Positions 1-11,200 are shown, numbered from the stretch's first letter. The stretch is DNA of 64,000 nucleotides from Lama glama (GCA_028534125.1 CM052839.1:45756001-45820000); one strand, 5' to 3'. Program-made: numbers and translations. The notes: a model not told the origin generated them from the letters alone.

Positions 1-350
1 GCACCAGCACAGGGAGCCCTGGGACCCTGTGCCTGTAAGCTGCTGGGGCTCTGCTGCCAGGAGGCAGGAAAGCCCAAGGGGCGGAGGAGGGCGTGTGGGG
101 CTGGTGAGTGCCTCAGGTTCCTTCCCCCTCCTCCTCCCCTTGCTCCCCACCCAGAGGACACTGCTGAACCCCTTCCTTGGGAGGCTGCCCCTCATCGCCA
201 GAGGACCCTGGCCCCTGACAGCTGCCTCCTTCTTCAGCCAGGCCCAGTCTAGGCCCTTCTCTGGCAGCACCCAGGAGCTGCAGGTGGCCCCCGCGCCCTC
301 TGGCCACCGCCTCCTCAGCAGAAACTGCTCAGCGCATATCAGCGTTGGTG

Positions 351-356
351 TTTATT
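351..356 (-). terminator. Candidate polyadenylation signal (AATAAA) of MYADML2
   Basis: TTTATT on + strand about 1 kb downstream of the MYADML2 stop codon. Confidence 0.45.
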
Positions 357-1366
357 TCCTGCTCAAGGCCGTGGACCAGACGGGGTCAAGTGACTGCTGT
401 GCTCGGTTGGCCGGTGGGCTGGCCCAGTCTGGGCTTTTGAGTGGGAGAAGCTGGCTGCAGTGTGGGGGACAAGGGCCCCAGCGGGCCCTGGCTGTCAGTG
501 GTCAGGCAAATGAACATTTGAGTGGAGGTCGTGGGCCGTGAGCACCAGTGAGGTGTCTGGTGCCCAGACGCCATGTCCCAGTGGCTGCCCCAGGTTGGCC
601 CTCCTCTGGGTCAGGGCTGCCCCAGGCCAGCCCCTCGGGACTCACGGTGGGCACTGCAGAAGCTGCTGCATGAGGGGTGGGTAGACGATGGGAGGCCCCG
701 GGCGTCAGCTCCAGCATCCTTGCTTGGCTTCAAGAGACTGTGATGAGGAGGAGGCCGGCGAGCCATGAGTCCTGATTCCCAGCTCCTTCTCCTGGGGCCG
801 GCCCGGATGCCCCAGTAGGGCCCTCTTTGGGCAGCTGTCCTTCCAGGGTTCCGGGCACTGCTCCACACCCCTGCGCTGGCCCAGCTCTGGCCCCCTCCTG
901 GGCTCCCTTCCAACTCGTTCCCACACCTCTGGGAACTGTCCCCTTTTCAACTCTACTTAGGTCACTCAGCCCAAACGTGGGCTCCAGACCCTGGTGGACA
1001 GTTAGGGCGGACTCCTTACTCCCAGCCTCGGGGTCCCCATCTGCAAAGCGGGTCATAACAGCAGCTGCTTCAAAGGATTTTCATGTGTTACACTGCCCAG
1101 CACTAAGACAGGGAGTGCCAGCAAAGGGAGAGCGACGGAGACAGAGACAGACAGGGAGCGGGGAGAGGGGTGGGAGCCGCCTGGCAGAAGCCTCACCTGC
1201 CGCTCTGGCCCCCTCCGCCCCACCCCAAGCGCAGCTGCTGGGGCCGCCAGAAGTCCAGGCCCAGCTCTCCTGGCTACCTCCCTCTGCTCATCCTTGGGGG
1301 TCTGGGTTCACCTGGGTCCCTTCGTGACCTCTGAAAGCAGAGGTGGGTGGATCGCTGCCTGTCCAG

Positions 1367-2290
1367 CTACAAGGTGGGCACAAAGCGGATCCTCTGGGAG
1401 TAGGCCAGGTCAGCGACGTAGAGGAGCAGGTTGACGTAGGTGAAGGTGGCCACCACCAGCTGGCTGTCCCAGGGACAGCTGCCCGTCAGGCAGTCGGGGG
1501 GCCTCCTGGGCTCCCCGTACTTGGGGTCGAAACAGAAGACGGGCCAGATGACCGCAGCACTGAGATAGAGGAGCACGGCCAGGAAGGTGTACATCACCAC
1601 CACGCGGTCGAAGGGGCAGCCCAGGTTCCCCGTGTGTCCCATCACGCTGAGGGCCACCACGGCCACCGTGGCCAGGAAGCACAGGCTGTAGACGGCCACA
1701 CACCACTGGGTGGCCATGTAGCGCCCGTAGCGGCTGTCGTGGACCAGTGCGCCGAATATGATGCAGGCTACGAAGGCCTGGACGATCTTGAGGAGCCCCG
1801 ACACAGTGGCCATGTAGCTGGCCACCTGGCCTGGCCGGGCTCGGGTCAGGGCCACCTCTGCGGCATAAGCCAAGAAGAGGAGCCCCGCGAAGACGCTGGC
1901 TGCCAGGCGGAAGTCCCTGGTGGCACAGCCCTCGGGCTCGGGCGGGCACTCCAGCCGCGTGAAGTAGAGCGGGTAGATGACGGCGGCCGTGGCGGACAGC
2001 AGCGTGGCCAGCATGGCGAAGGCTGCCGTGAAGTTTCCCCAGGACAGGCGCAGGCAGCCGTGCAGCCGGGTGAGCTCACAGGCCACCACCAGGACCGAGA
2101 GTGCGAAGCAGAAGCCCCAGGCGGCCATACAGAAGGTGCCCTGGACGCCCGCAAAGCCGCCCCGGTGGGCCACCAGGCTGAAGGTGGTGCAGCCGAAGGC
2201 CAGCTGCAGCGCGCGGGCAGTGCCCACCGGGGACGTCACAGCTCCCAGGTGCAGGTAGCCGCCCCCGGGGGGCTCCATGGTGCTGCCCAT
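1367..2290 (-). CDS. MYADML2: Myeloid-associated differentiation marker-like protein 2 (two MARVEL domains), intronless CDS, 307 aa
   Basis: ATG at 2290 (MGSTMEPPGGGYLHLGAVTSPVG...) to TAG at 1367-1369; 924 nt. Multiple hydrophobic TM segments, ends ...DLAYSQRIRFVPTL as recalled for MYADML2; syntenic next to NOTUM. Confidence 0.95.
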   Translation of the reverse strand: MGSTMEPPGGGYLHLGAVTSPVGTARALQLAFGCTTFSLVAHRGGFAGVQGTFCMAAWGFCFALSVLVVACELTRLHGCLRLSWGNFTAAFAMLATLLSATAAVIYPLYFTRLECPPEPEGCATRDFRLAASVFAGLLFLAYAAEVALTRARPGQVASYMATVSGLLKIVQAFVACIIFGALVHDSRYGRYMATQWCVAVYSLCFLATVAVVALSVMGHTGNLGCPFDRVVVMYTFLAVLLYLSAAVIWPVFCFDPKYGEPRRPPDCLTGSCPWDSQLVVATFTYVNLLLYVADLAYSQRIRFVPTL

Positions 2291-2457
2291 GTGGCCGGCC
2301 GCTTCCCCACCCCACACAGTGCCTGGCGGCCCCGGGGTCTCTTCTCTGTATCTCCTGCGGCAGCGGCAGGTGCCGGCAGCCCGCAGTGGCGGTGACGCGG
2401 GGTGACATTGCAGCAGAGCCGCCTCTCTGCCGCCCGTGTGGGGAGGGCCCCCCAGCG

Positions 2458-2467
2458 CTATAAATAG
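2458..2467. promoter_or_regulatory. MEF2 consensus site CTATAAATAG, doubling as a TATA-like box for MYADML2
   Basis: Perfect CTA(A/T)4TAG about 170 nt upstream of the MYADML2 ATG; reads CTATTTATAG on the - strand; E-boxes CACCTG (~2608) and CAGCTG (~2830) lie upstream. Confidence 0.5.
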
Positions 2468-3208
2468 GTGACTGTGATCAGAGCTCTGGAATAGCAGCCT
2501 GCGCGCCGGTCCCCATCCCAGAGGAACATCTGACCCTTGCGTCCCACGCCCAGCCCCTGCCCAAACCATTAACCCCTTGGCTGCTGGCACCGCCCCCACC
2601 TCCAAAGCACCTGCGTCTGTCGGTTAGTCGCTCCACTGCCAGTGGGAGAGGTGAAGGGAGAAGGGCAGAAAGGGGCCGCCTCCAGGGCCAGCCTGTGTTG
2701 GAGTGGGGGAGGGGCGCAGTGGTGGTTGGGGGTTGCTCTGGGAGGGCTGGGCTGGTATTCCCCTGGTGTCCTTCCTCGAGGGGGGCTTGGTTAGGAGCTG
2801 GGGTGGTTTCACGACCCCACCGTCTTGTCAGCTGTGATTCCTGGGAGGTGGTGGGGAAGGGGAGTGGAGATCCCATGCCCCACTCCCAAGGGTGCTCGCC
2901 CTCATTCTGCACAGCCCCAGCCTGACCTGGGAGGTGGAGTTCTAGTTACCATTTGAGGGGGCACAATGGAGCTCTTTGCTCGTCCCTCCTAAACATGTAA
3001 ACACTTAGGAAAAAACTCAACCCTCCCATTTTTTAGGCAAAAATATTTAAAATATAGGAAATATCTTTGAAGACTACGTGTTTTTGACTATAAGAGTAGA
3101 ACCTGCTCAGGCCCAGTCAGGACAGGAACAGGTAGAGGAAAATGACCTGTAATTAATCTGCCTGTAATTCTGTCTCTTGGCTCAACCGGGATGAACATCT
3201 CGTGTATG

Positions 3209-3900
3209 CCGTTGGCCCTCCACATGCACAGGTTCTCTATCTGCGGGTTCAGTCAACCGCAGATTGAAAACATTCGTGGGAGAAAAACTCCAGAAAGTCC
3301 CGAAAAGCAAACCTTGAATTTGCCCTGAGCCAGCAACCATTCACATAGCAGTGACTTTGCATCAGGCATCACAAGTCATCCAGGAATGACTTAAAGTCTC
3401 TGGGAGCGTGAAAACCACAGGGAAACAGAGAGACTGCTATGATGAGCTACCCGCCAATCAACTGGGCAGCCCGGAAGAAATGGGTAAGTTCTTAGAGTCA
3501 TGCTGTCTTCCAAGACTGCACCATGGAGAAACTAGAAAACCTTAACAGACTGATCACTAATAGAGATTGAAACATTAATTAAAAACCTCCCCCAAAATAG
3601 AAGTCCAGGACCAGACGGCTTCATATGTGAATTCTACCAAACATTCTATCTTTCTCAAAATCTTCAAAAAAAATCGAAGAGTAGGGAAAGCTATGAGGCA
3701 ATAAAGATAAAAGATTAAAAAAATGAAAGATAAAAATTAAAAAAAATAAAAGATAAAATTGAAAAATAAAGTCTAAGGAGAATGTGTATAAGTTATATGC
3801 AAATACTACACCATTTTGTACAAGGGGCTTGAGCGTTGGTGGATTTTGTTATCCTGGGGGGTCTGGGAACCAGTCCCCCTCTGACACCAAGGGACGACTG
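3209..3900 (-). mobile_element. MER2-like TcMar-Tigger non-autonomous DNA transposon, interrupted by an L1 insert
   Basis: Ends CCGTTGGCCCTCC... and ...AGGGACGACTG|TA resemble MER2 terminal inverted repeats; internal TTATATGCAAATACTACACCATTTT and AAAAGCAAACCTTGAATTTGC match the recalled MER2/MER2B consensus. Confidence 0.75.
3411..3768 (+). mobile_element. LINE-1 ORF2 internal fragment with A-rich tail, nested in MER2
   Basis: AGTCCAGGACCAGACGGCTTCATATGTGAATTCTACCAAACATTC encodes [15 protein letters not shown] (L1 ORF2 motif); A-rich tail ~3700-3768; AAAGTCT..GGAG flanks both sides like a target-site duplication. Confidence 0.8.
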
Positions 3901-3919
3901 TATGCACATCCTTATGAAT

Positions 3920-4370
3920 GTTTCCCCAACTTTTCATTTAGAAAAATGTCAGATTTACAGAAGAGTTGCAGAACAGTGCAATGAAAATTCATACCTCTTT
4001 CTCCCAGATTCGAGAATTATTAATATTTTTCCCTGTTTGTGGTCTGACTCTCCCTCTCTCCAATGATAATTCATAACAAATAATATTAATTAATTCTGGA
4101 GATACAATAATTCTCCCCAGGTACTTCCACGGACACCTCCTGAGAACAAGGCAGTTCCCCTACAGAACCTGAACACAGAGACAGCATTTGGGGAACTGAA
4201 GCATGATCACCTAGAACACAGTCTGTCTTCAGGTATGCCGACCTGTCCCCAAAATACACTTTATAACTCTTTGAATTTTTGCTCCGGGATCTGATTGGAA
4301 TCATGCATCTGGCTGTTGTGTGTGTCTGTTCCCTTTGTTCTGGAATGGTCTCCACTATTTCTTTTCTTTT
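3920..4370 (-). mobile_element. Old L1 3'-end fragment (L1MC/ME-like)
   Basis: TTTACAGAAGAGTTGCAGAACAGTGCAATGAAAATTCATACC...CCCAGATTC resembles an antisense ancient L1 3' UTR. Confidence 0.5.
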
Positions 4371-4454
4371 CTTTCCTTCTTTTTTTTTTTTTGCTAAAAA
4401 TACCTTTATTTTCTTTTGAGAAAGTCCCTCCTGTGCTCCATGATTGCATGCAGT

Positions 4455-4630
4455 CTTTTTTTTTTTAATTGAAATGTTGTCGGTTATAATGTGTCAATTT
4501 CTGGTGTACAGCACAGTGTCCCAGTCGTGCATGTACATGCATTTATTCATTTTCATATTCTTTTTCATTAAAGGTTATTACAAGATATTGAATATAGCTC
4601 CCTGTGCTGTACAGAAGAACCTTTTCTTTC
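4455..4630 (-). mobile_element. Artiodactyl-type L1 3' end fragment
   Basis: Poly-T followed by AATTGAAATGTTGTCGGTTATAATGTG...GGTTATTACAAGATATTGAATATAGCTCCCTGTGCTGTACAG, typical reverse-complement L1 3' terminus. Confidence 0.65.
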
Positions 4631-4639
4631 TTTCTGTCT

Positions 4640-4779
4640 TTGCACATTTTTTGGTTTGTTTTTATTTGGGGGGCAGGTAATCAGGTTTATTTGTTTATTT
4701 TAACGGAGGTGCGGGGGATGGAACCGAGGACCTCCTGCCTGCTGAGCACATGCTCTGCCCCTGAGCTGCGCCCTCCCCC
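4640..4779 (-). mobile_element. tRNA-derived SINE (camelid-type)
   Basis: Reverse complement reads GGGGAGGGCGCAGCTCAGGGGCAGAGCATGTGCTCAGCAGGCAGGAGGTCCTCGGTTCCATCCCC... with A/B-box remnants and an A-rich tail; same family as 9085-9328, 23820-23950 and 60633-60744. Confidence 0.85.
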
Positions 4780-5429
4780 TCCACTTCTCTATTTCACAAC
4801 ACTGTTGCTTTGAAGAGCCCAGCCAGCAGCCTTGCAGGTTCTTTCGATGTGTACTTTGTTTCCTCATGGTTGGGTCCTGGCTAAACACCCTCTGCAGGAA
4901 GACCACGCGGGGAGATGTGGTGTGGGAGGAATCCTGGGTGTCAGCCATGCCAGACTCGGCACCAGCTGCTGGAGCTCCCCGGGAAGGGAGGTGCGTGCCC
5001 TCGGGGCTCCTTCCTGTCCTCTTCACACAAGGAAACAGGCTGCTTGACCTGAGCTGCCTGGTCTCGGCGGGCAGCCACCCATCCCCAGAAGGGGCATGTC
5101 TGGAACTCTCCAGGGAGCCGCACCCAGACCAGGGTCTTCAGAGCCTCTCCTGGGACCAGATTTCCTGACCCAAGTGCCACGAACCCCTGGGGAAAGCTCT
5201 TCCAGCTCCACTGGGTGGGCAGGCCATGTCTTCCCCTGAAATGCAGCCGGAAGATGCAGGAGAGGGTGAGGGGAGGACCCCGGGCCTGGGTCCCACCCGT
5301 TCCCCTTTTCCCAGTTACTCTCAGCTCCTTCTCTGAAAGGCGCCTTCAGAATCTGAGAACAAATCCCCAGCAGTCACCTTTCTTCACTTTGCCGTCCTGG
5401 CTCCCTGCCCTTAACCAGGCACGGCCTCC

Positions 5430-5960
5430 CCCTTATCAACAGCCCTACCAGAGTGATGCATTTTTTTACCATCAATGGACCTACACTGACTCATCTCCAT
5501 CCCCAGAGTCCGCAGTTTACATCAGGATTCACTCTGAGGGTTGTACCTTCCGTGAGTCTGGACAAACATGCGACGACAGGTCCCCGCCAGTGCGGTACCA
5601 CGCAGAGCTGTTTCTCGGCCCTAGAAGCCCTCTGTGCTCCCCGTCTTCATGCCTCTCTCCCCACTCCCACTCCGGACAACCACTCCTCTTGTCACTGTGT
5701 CCATAGGTTCACCTTTTTCAGGATGTCACAGAGTGGGGCTCACACAAAGCGTAGCCTTTTCAGATTGACTTCCTTCCCTTAGTCACATAGATTTAAAGTT
5801 CCTCACGTCTTCTCACGGATTGGCAGCTCATTTCTTTCTAACGCTGAGTAACTGTTGTCTGCAGTTTATTTACCCACTCATCTACTGAAAGACATCTTGG
5901 TTGCCCCTGTCCAGAGTGTTGTTGCCGCTACAGGAATCACATGATGCGGAACACGTACAG
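5430..5960 (-). mobile_element. Old L1 3'-end fragment (L1MC-like), copy A
   Basis: CAGTTTACATCAGGATTCACTCT...GTTGTAC...GGACAAA and CATCTACTGAAAGACATCTTGGTTG match the recalled antisense L1MC 3' end. Confidence 0.7.
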
Positions 5961-7318
5961 CAGCAGCATTGCCAGAAAAGCCGGGTCGTGGGTGAGGAGA
6001 GCTCGGCCGGTCCCCTCGATGGCCACGCCGAGCCCTGCAGGTTGGCCGGTCCCCACTGTACTCGTGGGCCCTGGGTTCCTTTTGCCGCTGGTCCCCCAGG
6101 GAAAGCACAGAGGCCGGAAGTAGGCTGAGCCTCTTTCCTTCTTTGTCAGGAACGTGGGAGGAAGGGTTTATTCACTGGGTGGAATCCCCTCGGGCCTGAC
6201 CCACAAGTGTCGTGTTCTGTGTGCCTGGCACGCCCGAGACACGCAAAGCCGCCCTCTGATCCTTTTCATTGGCCTCGGATGGAGCGAGGACCTCTGAGTG
6301 TGTGATGTCCCCGCCTGCTGACAACAGACAACAACTGGTGTCCAGCCAGCGCCTCTGGGGCCCCCAGCCCAGCTCCGACCGCAGCGCGGCTGCTCCCTCT
6401 GAGCAAAGCCTCCCCAGGCTGGTGATGGCCAGGCCCCTTTCAGGTCCTCCAGCCTCTCCTCCCGCTGGGAACCCACGGCCGGTGGGTTGCACGGAGAGTC
6501 CTGTTCATGGTCCTCCTGGGAGGCCGAGGAGGGGCTGCTCTCGAAAACCAGCAGCCACACTGGGGAACTCTTCTTTCATCTCCAGCGTTTGGCCACTCCA
6601 TCCCTGACCTCACCATCTCCCTTGGCCTTGGAGACTCCGTGGGTTCCCCCAGGAGACTGTGGAGAAGTGAGTGGTCCATGGAGGAGACCACGAATGGGTC
6701 ACTTGGTTTCCCCCGGAGAAGCCGATGCTGGTGCTGAGTGGGCCCGAGTTGGAGCTGAGCACCCGCAGGGCACATCCTCGGTCTGGTGGGGGAGAGAGGA
6801 CGGCCGGGTATCTGGCAATTCTTCCCACTCTGGGACAGAGCTGCAGAGGCGGCAGCTGGGGGTGGGGGTGGTTCAGAGGCTAGGAGCGGGGCCCAGGCTG
6901 ACCTGCTGACTCCTTCCTCTGTCCCTCTCAACACTTCACAGAACCTCTCTGGGCCTCAGCTTCTTTACCTACCATCTGAGTTTATCATAAGACCTACTTG
7001 CAGGGTGACAGGGAGGAATCGTGCACCAATGCACGTGGGGCCCCAAACGCAGGGAGCAGAGCACCCAGGGCACCGTGCCCATTGGCCAAGCCACCTCCAG
7101 GGAGGGCCCGTCAGTGTGTCGTCCAAACCGCAGGGGTGTCTTTGACCTGCACCCCATGGATACGCCGGCCCATGTGCAGTGATGGCGACTCGGGCCCGCC
7201 ACACAGCATCCCAAAGAGGGTGAAGCATGACGCCCGTTGCTGACCCGGAAGGTGCCACCTGCCTGCAGCTCTCTGTGGCCCCAGGATGCAGGGTGAGGCG
7301 GAAACCAGGCATGCAGTC

Positions 7319-7320
<2 letters not shown>

Positions 7321-7354
<34 letters not shown>
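7321..7354. repeat. (GT)17 microsatellite
   Basis: Uninterrupted GT dinucleotide run. Confidence 0.97.
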
Positions 7355-7356
<2 letters not shown>

Positions 7357-8291
7357 ACGGGGAGGCCGGGATCCTCTGGAACTGGCCACAGATGCAGCCC
7401 TAGGGGCCGGACTGGAGGGAGAATGTTCACCCTTCCACTCTTTGCACCTTTCAGATTCTGGACCCTGTGCACGTGTGACCGAGGGGAGTAACAGAGTTCA
7501 AACTTCTAAGAAAGTGTTGGCTGGGTAGGGAGCGTTTGTGGCAAAGTTTTGAAACTGGAGGTTGCTGGTGGAGACATGACGTCGTGGACGTGGAAACGCT
7601 GAGTCGTGCACTTGGAAATGGTTGTGACTGTCACCCAAGAGCAAAATAAAGACAGGGAGCTTACTGCTCCCGGGGGCTGCCTGATGCAGGCCTGTGACCT
7701 CTGACTGTGGAAATGGATGAACAGAAGGAGCATGGGTCAGAGGTCAGGAGGCTCCAAAGTCACCCCCAGCCTCCCTGCTGCCCTTGGGTTGGGGGAGGAG
7801 TCAGGGTTGGGGGAGGGGTGTGAGAAGTGGGCAGAGTGTCCCCTCAAATAAACACATCTACAGGGCGAGTCTCTTTTGTTATCCTTTTTTTCATTATTTA
7901 AAAAAAATATGTTACAAAACAATATCATTCACCATATATTTCTTATTTTTCTTTTAAAAAAATTAAAGTAATAAAAAAAGTCACTTTATAAAATAATACA
8001 AAAGGGTGGGAGAGGGTGGGGGCTGGCTGGGAGGTGGCTCCTGGGCCAGGGGCTGAGGGATCTGGTGCTTCTGGTTCCCCAAGGTGGGGGGAGGCGGTGG
8101 CGGGGAGGGGGAGCCGGGGGAGGTGTCCCAGGGCCGCAGCGGGGCTGACTGCAGGTCCACCTTCCCCGAAGGCAGGGGGAGGCAGTGCAGGCTGTCGGCA
8201 GGTGGGGGGTGTCCAGACCCAGGGTGGGGTCGGCCTGGCCACTGTCCCAGGAGGGAAGGAGAGCCTGGCAGGGCGGCTGGGGACAGGCCCA

Positions 8292-11200
8292 CTAGCTCTC
8301 GCTGCTCAGCATCCCGAGCAACTTCCCGGGCTCCAGGCCCTGCTGCTGCGCCACCTTCTGCACATCGAAGCCCATGTGCATGAGGAACTGGGCCACGTTC
8401 ATCTCCTGCCCCGTGAACTGGTCCCGGATGGTGGGGCAGGAGGGGTTGCAGTGGGGCCAAGGGCAGCTGTCCACCAGGTGGACTGGGCAGCCCTGCAGGG
8501 GGGCTTTGCGGGCCTTGTGGTTGTCATGGAGGCTTCTGTCCCAGCAGTGCAGCGCCCGGGGCAGCGAGGTCCCTTTAACCTGGACGTCTGTCCAGTGGCT
8601 ACAGACAGAAACCCAGGTTGGGGGTCACTCAGGGAGGGGCCAAGCAGGGGACGGCCTTGCTACCGCAGAATCCTTGCTACACAGCTGGTATGTAAGTGGC
8701 TTTGAAAGCCCCAGAAAGGAGCCAGAGCCTGGGAGGGCGGAGGGCAGGCATGCTGGGGTGGGGGTGCCTCATGTTTGGAGCAGAGCCAGGGATGCGAGCT
8801 ATCCCAGGGCAAGGGCCACTGACCTCCGGGTGATGATCTCGTGGGAGAGGCAGGCAGGGGCAAAGCTGGCCCTGTTGAGGAGAAGACAGCCTGTGAGCAA
8901 CCATCTCCCACCTCAGCCCCTTCCATGCCCCAGAGCCCACAGGTCTCAGTTCCCCCTGCCCTCGGCCTGGCTACCCCCTCCCTCTTGCCAGGGTGCCAGC
9001 CCTCATGTTCCCTTGTAAGCCCTGTCCCTGCTGGCCTCCACATCCTGCTCGGAGTGGGGGCTCTCCTGGACAGGTGAGTACCTTGTTTTTCTTCTTTTTT
9101 AAAAAGATTTAAGGTTTTTAAAAAATATTTATTTATTTATTTATTTATTTGGGGGAGGTAATTAGGTTTATTTATATTAATTTTTTTAATGTTAGATTTT
9201 TTTGCTAGTTTTTGGGGGAAGCAATTAGGTTTTATTTGTTTATTTTTAGAAGCAATGCTGGGGATTGAACCCAGGACCTCCTGTGCCTGCTAGGCACTCA
9301 CTTCCTCACTGAGCTATGCCCTCCCCCCGACTTCAGTTTTCGTAGAAGTTTTAGGTTCACATCAAAGTGGACTGAAGATGTAGAGAGCTCCCCTTTATCC
9401 TCTGCCCCCTGACACACACAGCCCCTCATGAGCAACAGCCTCCATCAGATGGCATCTTTGTTACAACCAAGGAACCTACGCTGACTCATGACTCATCTCC
9501 ATCCCCCAGAGTCCACAGTTCACATCAGGGTTCACTCTGGGTGTTGCACCTTCCATGAGTCTGGACAAGCGTGTGATGACAGGTCTCCACCAGAGTGGTA
9601 CCAGCCCAGCTGTTTCTAGGCCCTAAAAGCCCTCTGTGTCCCCCCGTCTTCATGCCTCCGTCCTCCAGCCCCCAGAAACCACTGATCTTCTTACTGTGTC
9701 CAGGGTTTTGCCTTTATCAGGACATCACAGACCTAAAATCACACAAGCAGCCTCCCCAGACTGGCCTCTTCCGCTTAGCAGCATGCACGTGGATCTCCTC
9801 CATGTCTTTTGGTGTCTCAGTGGCTCACTTCTCTCTCACTCTGGGTCCCACTCCCATCTAGGGAGCCACAGTTCATCACCGACTGAGGGACCACTTGGCC
9901 ACTTCCTATTCTGCCATCTTGGAGGCCTCTGTTTTTCAGTCGAGGGGTTTACCGCACAGGGGTCTGAGGGGGATCCCCAGCACTCACGGCACGTCCTTGA
10001 GTGTGTTTCGAAGCTCACGGCCCAGGTTCTGGATGTAGAGCCACTGGCCCTCCTGCACCGGCTGCCCCGTGAGGTGCACATTGTCCACAGTCAGCTGAGC
10101 TTCGTCAAACAGCCACTGTACCACGAACACCGGGCCTGGGGCCAGGGTGACGGCTCAGCTGGGCCCCAGCTCCTGCTGAGCACCACCCCCCCAGGCCCGG
10201 GGTCCCGAGGTGGCAGCCAGGCTCTCCCCGCAGGGTGCCAGCTGCCAGACCCCCAACCACAGCACCGTTCCTTGAAGAGGTGTCTTGTTCCACCCCCACC
10301 TTCGCCTGGTTCCCAGGGACTCTGCTTTGACCAAAATGTGGTGACAACGTCCCCCCAAGTGTAGAGCTGGGATGCCAAGGCCCCACGCAGGGGCATGGAA
10401 TCCAGGCTAAAGCACATTCTCAACTGTGGGTGTGGCCGGGTGACCTACCACCCTGGTTTGCCTCGAACCGAGTGGACTTTTTGTGTCAAGACTGGGAAAG
10501 TCCTGGCCAAACTCAGATGACTCTATCACCCTTCCCAGGTGGGGCAGTGGCCTCTGGGCCCTGCCTCCTAGGGCTTGACTCCAGCTGGGTTGTCAGCAGG
10601 GGGAGAAAGTCTGGACACCGTCCCCCCCCCCGCCCCCCGCGCTGCGTGCCCACTCACAGCGCAGGGTTGGGTAGACTTTGTAGCCGAAGAAGCAGTTCCA
10701 CTCCTCGCCTTCCTTGAACTGGCGCCGGCAGCGCTCTGGGACCACGCCATTCCAGTACCTGGGCCACACGCGGCAGGTTAGCTGCCCCCCGTCTTCCACA
10801 AGCTCAGCCACCCGCTCTGCACCCACCCTGGGCCCTCTGCACGGGGGGCCACGAGGCCAGGCAGGGCCCCAGAGTGTGGGACAGGCCCTCCCTCGCGGGG
10901 CACCTGATGCCCCGGCGGATGGCCTCCGTGGGAGCGCAGGTGATGGTGTCGATGCAGTCCGTGCGGCGGTACTGCTTGTTGTCCAGGAACCAGCCGGAGT
11001 CAGCCAGGCCCCGCACCTGGATGGCCGTATAGCCCAGCTCCTCCAGCTGCTCGGCCACGCGGTCCACGTTCAGCAGCACCCCCGTGGCCCCCGCGCTGCA
11101 GGGAAGGTGGGACGTCAGGCCAGGTGGACGTGGAAGGATGCTCACCTCCCACAGAACCTACCCAGCCCCAAGCCCATCCCAAGGGGACAGGGATCCCCGT

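Noticed and set aside
1343-2395. 350-aa + strand ORF antisense to MYADML2
   Set aside because: Mirror of a high-GC3 coding sequence that lacks antisense stops; non-ATG start and no recognisable domain.
2291-2605. N-terminal extension of MYADML2 (ORF track 412 aa; in-frame ATG at 2569)
   Set aside because: Track start is TTG, the extension is not MARVEL-like, and it crosses the putative TATA/MEF2 element; the 307-aa form matches the known protein.
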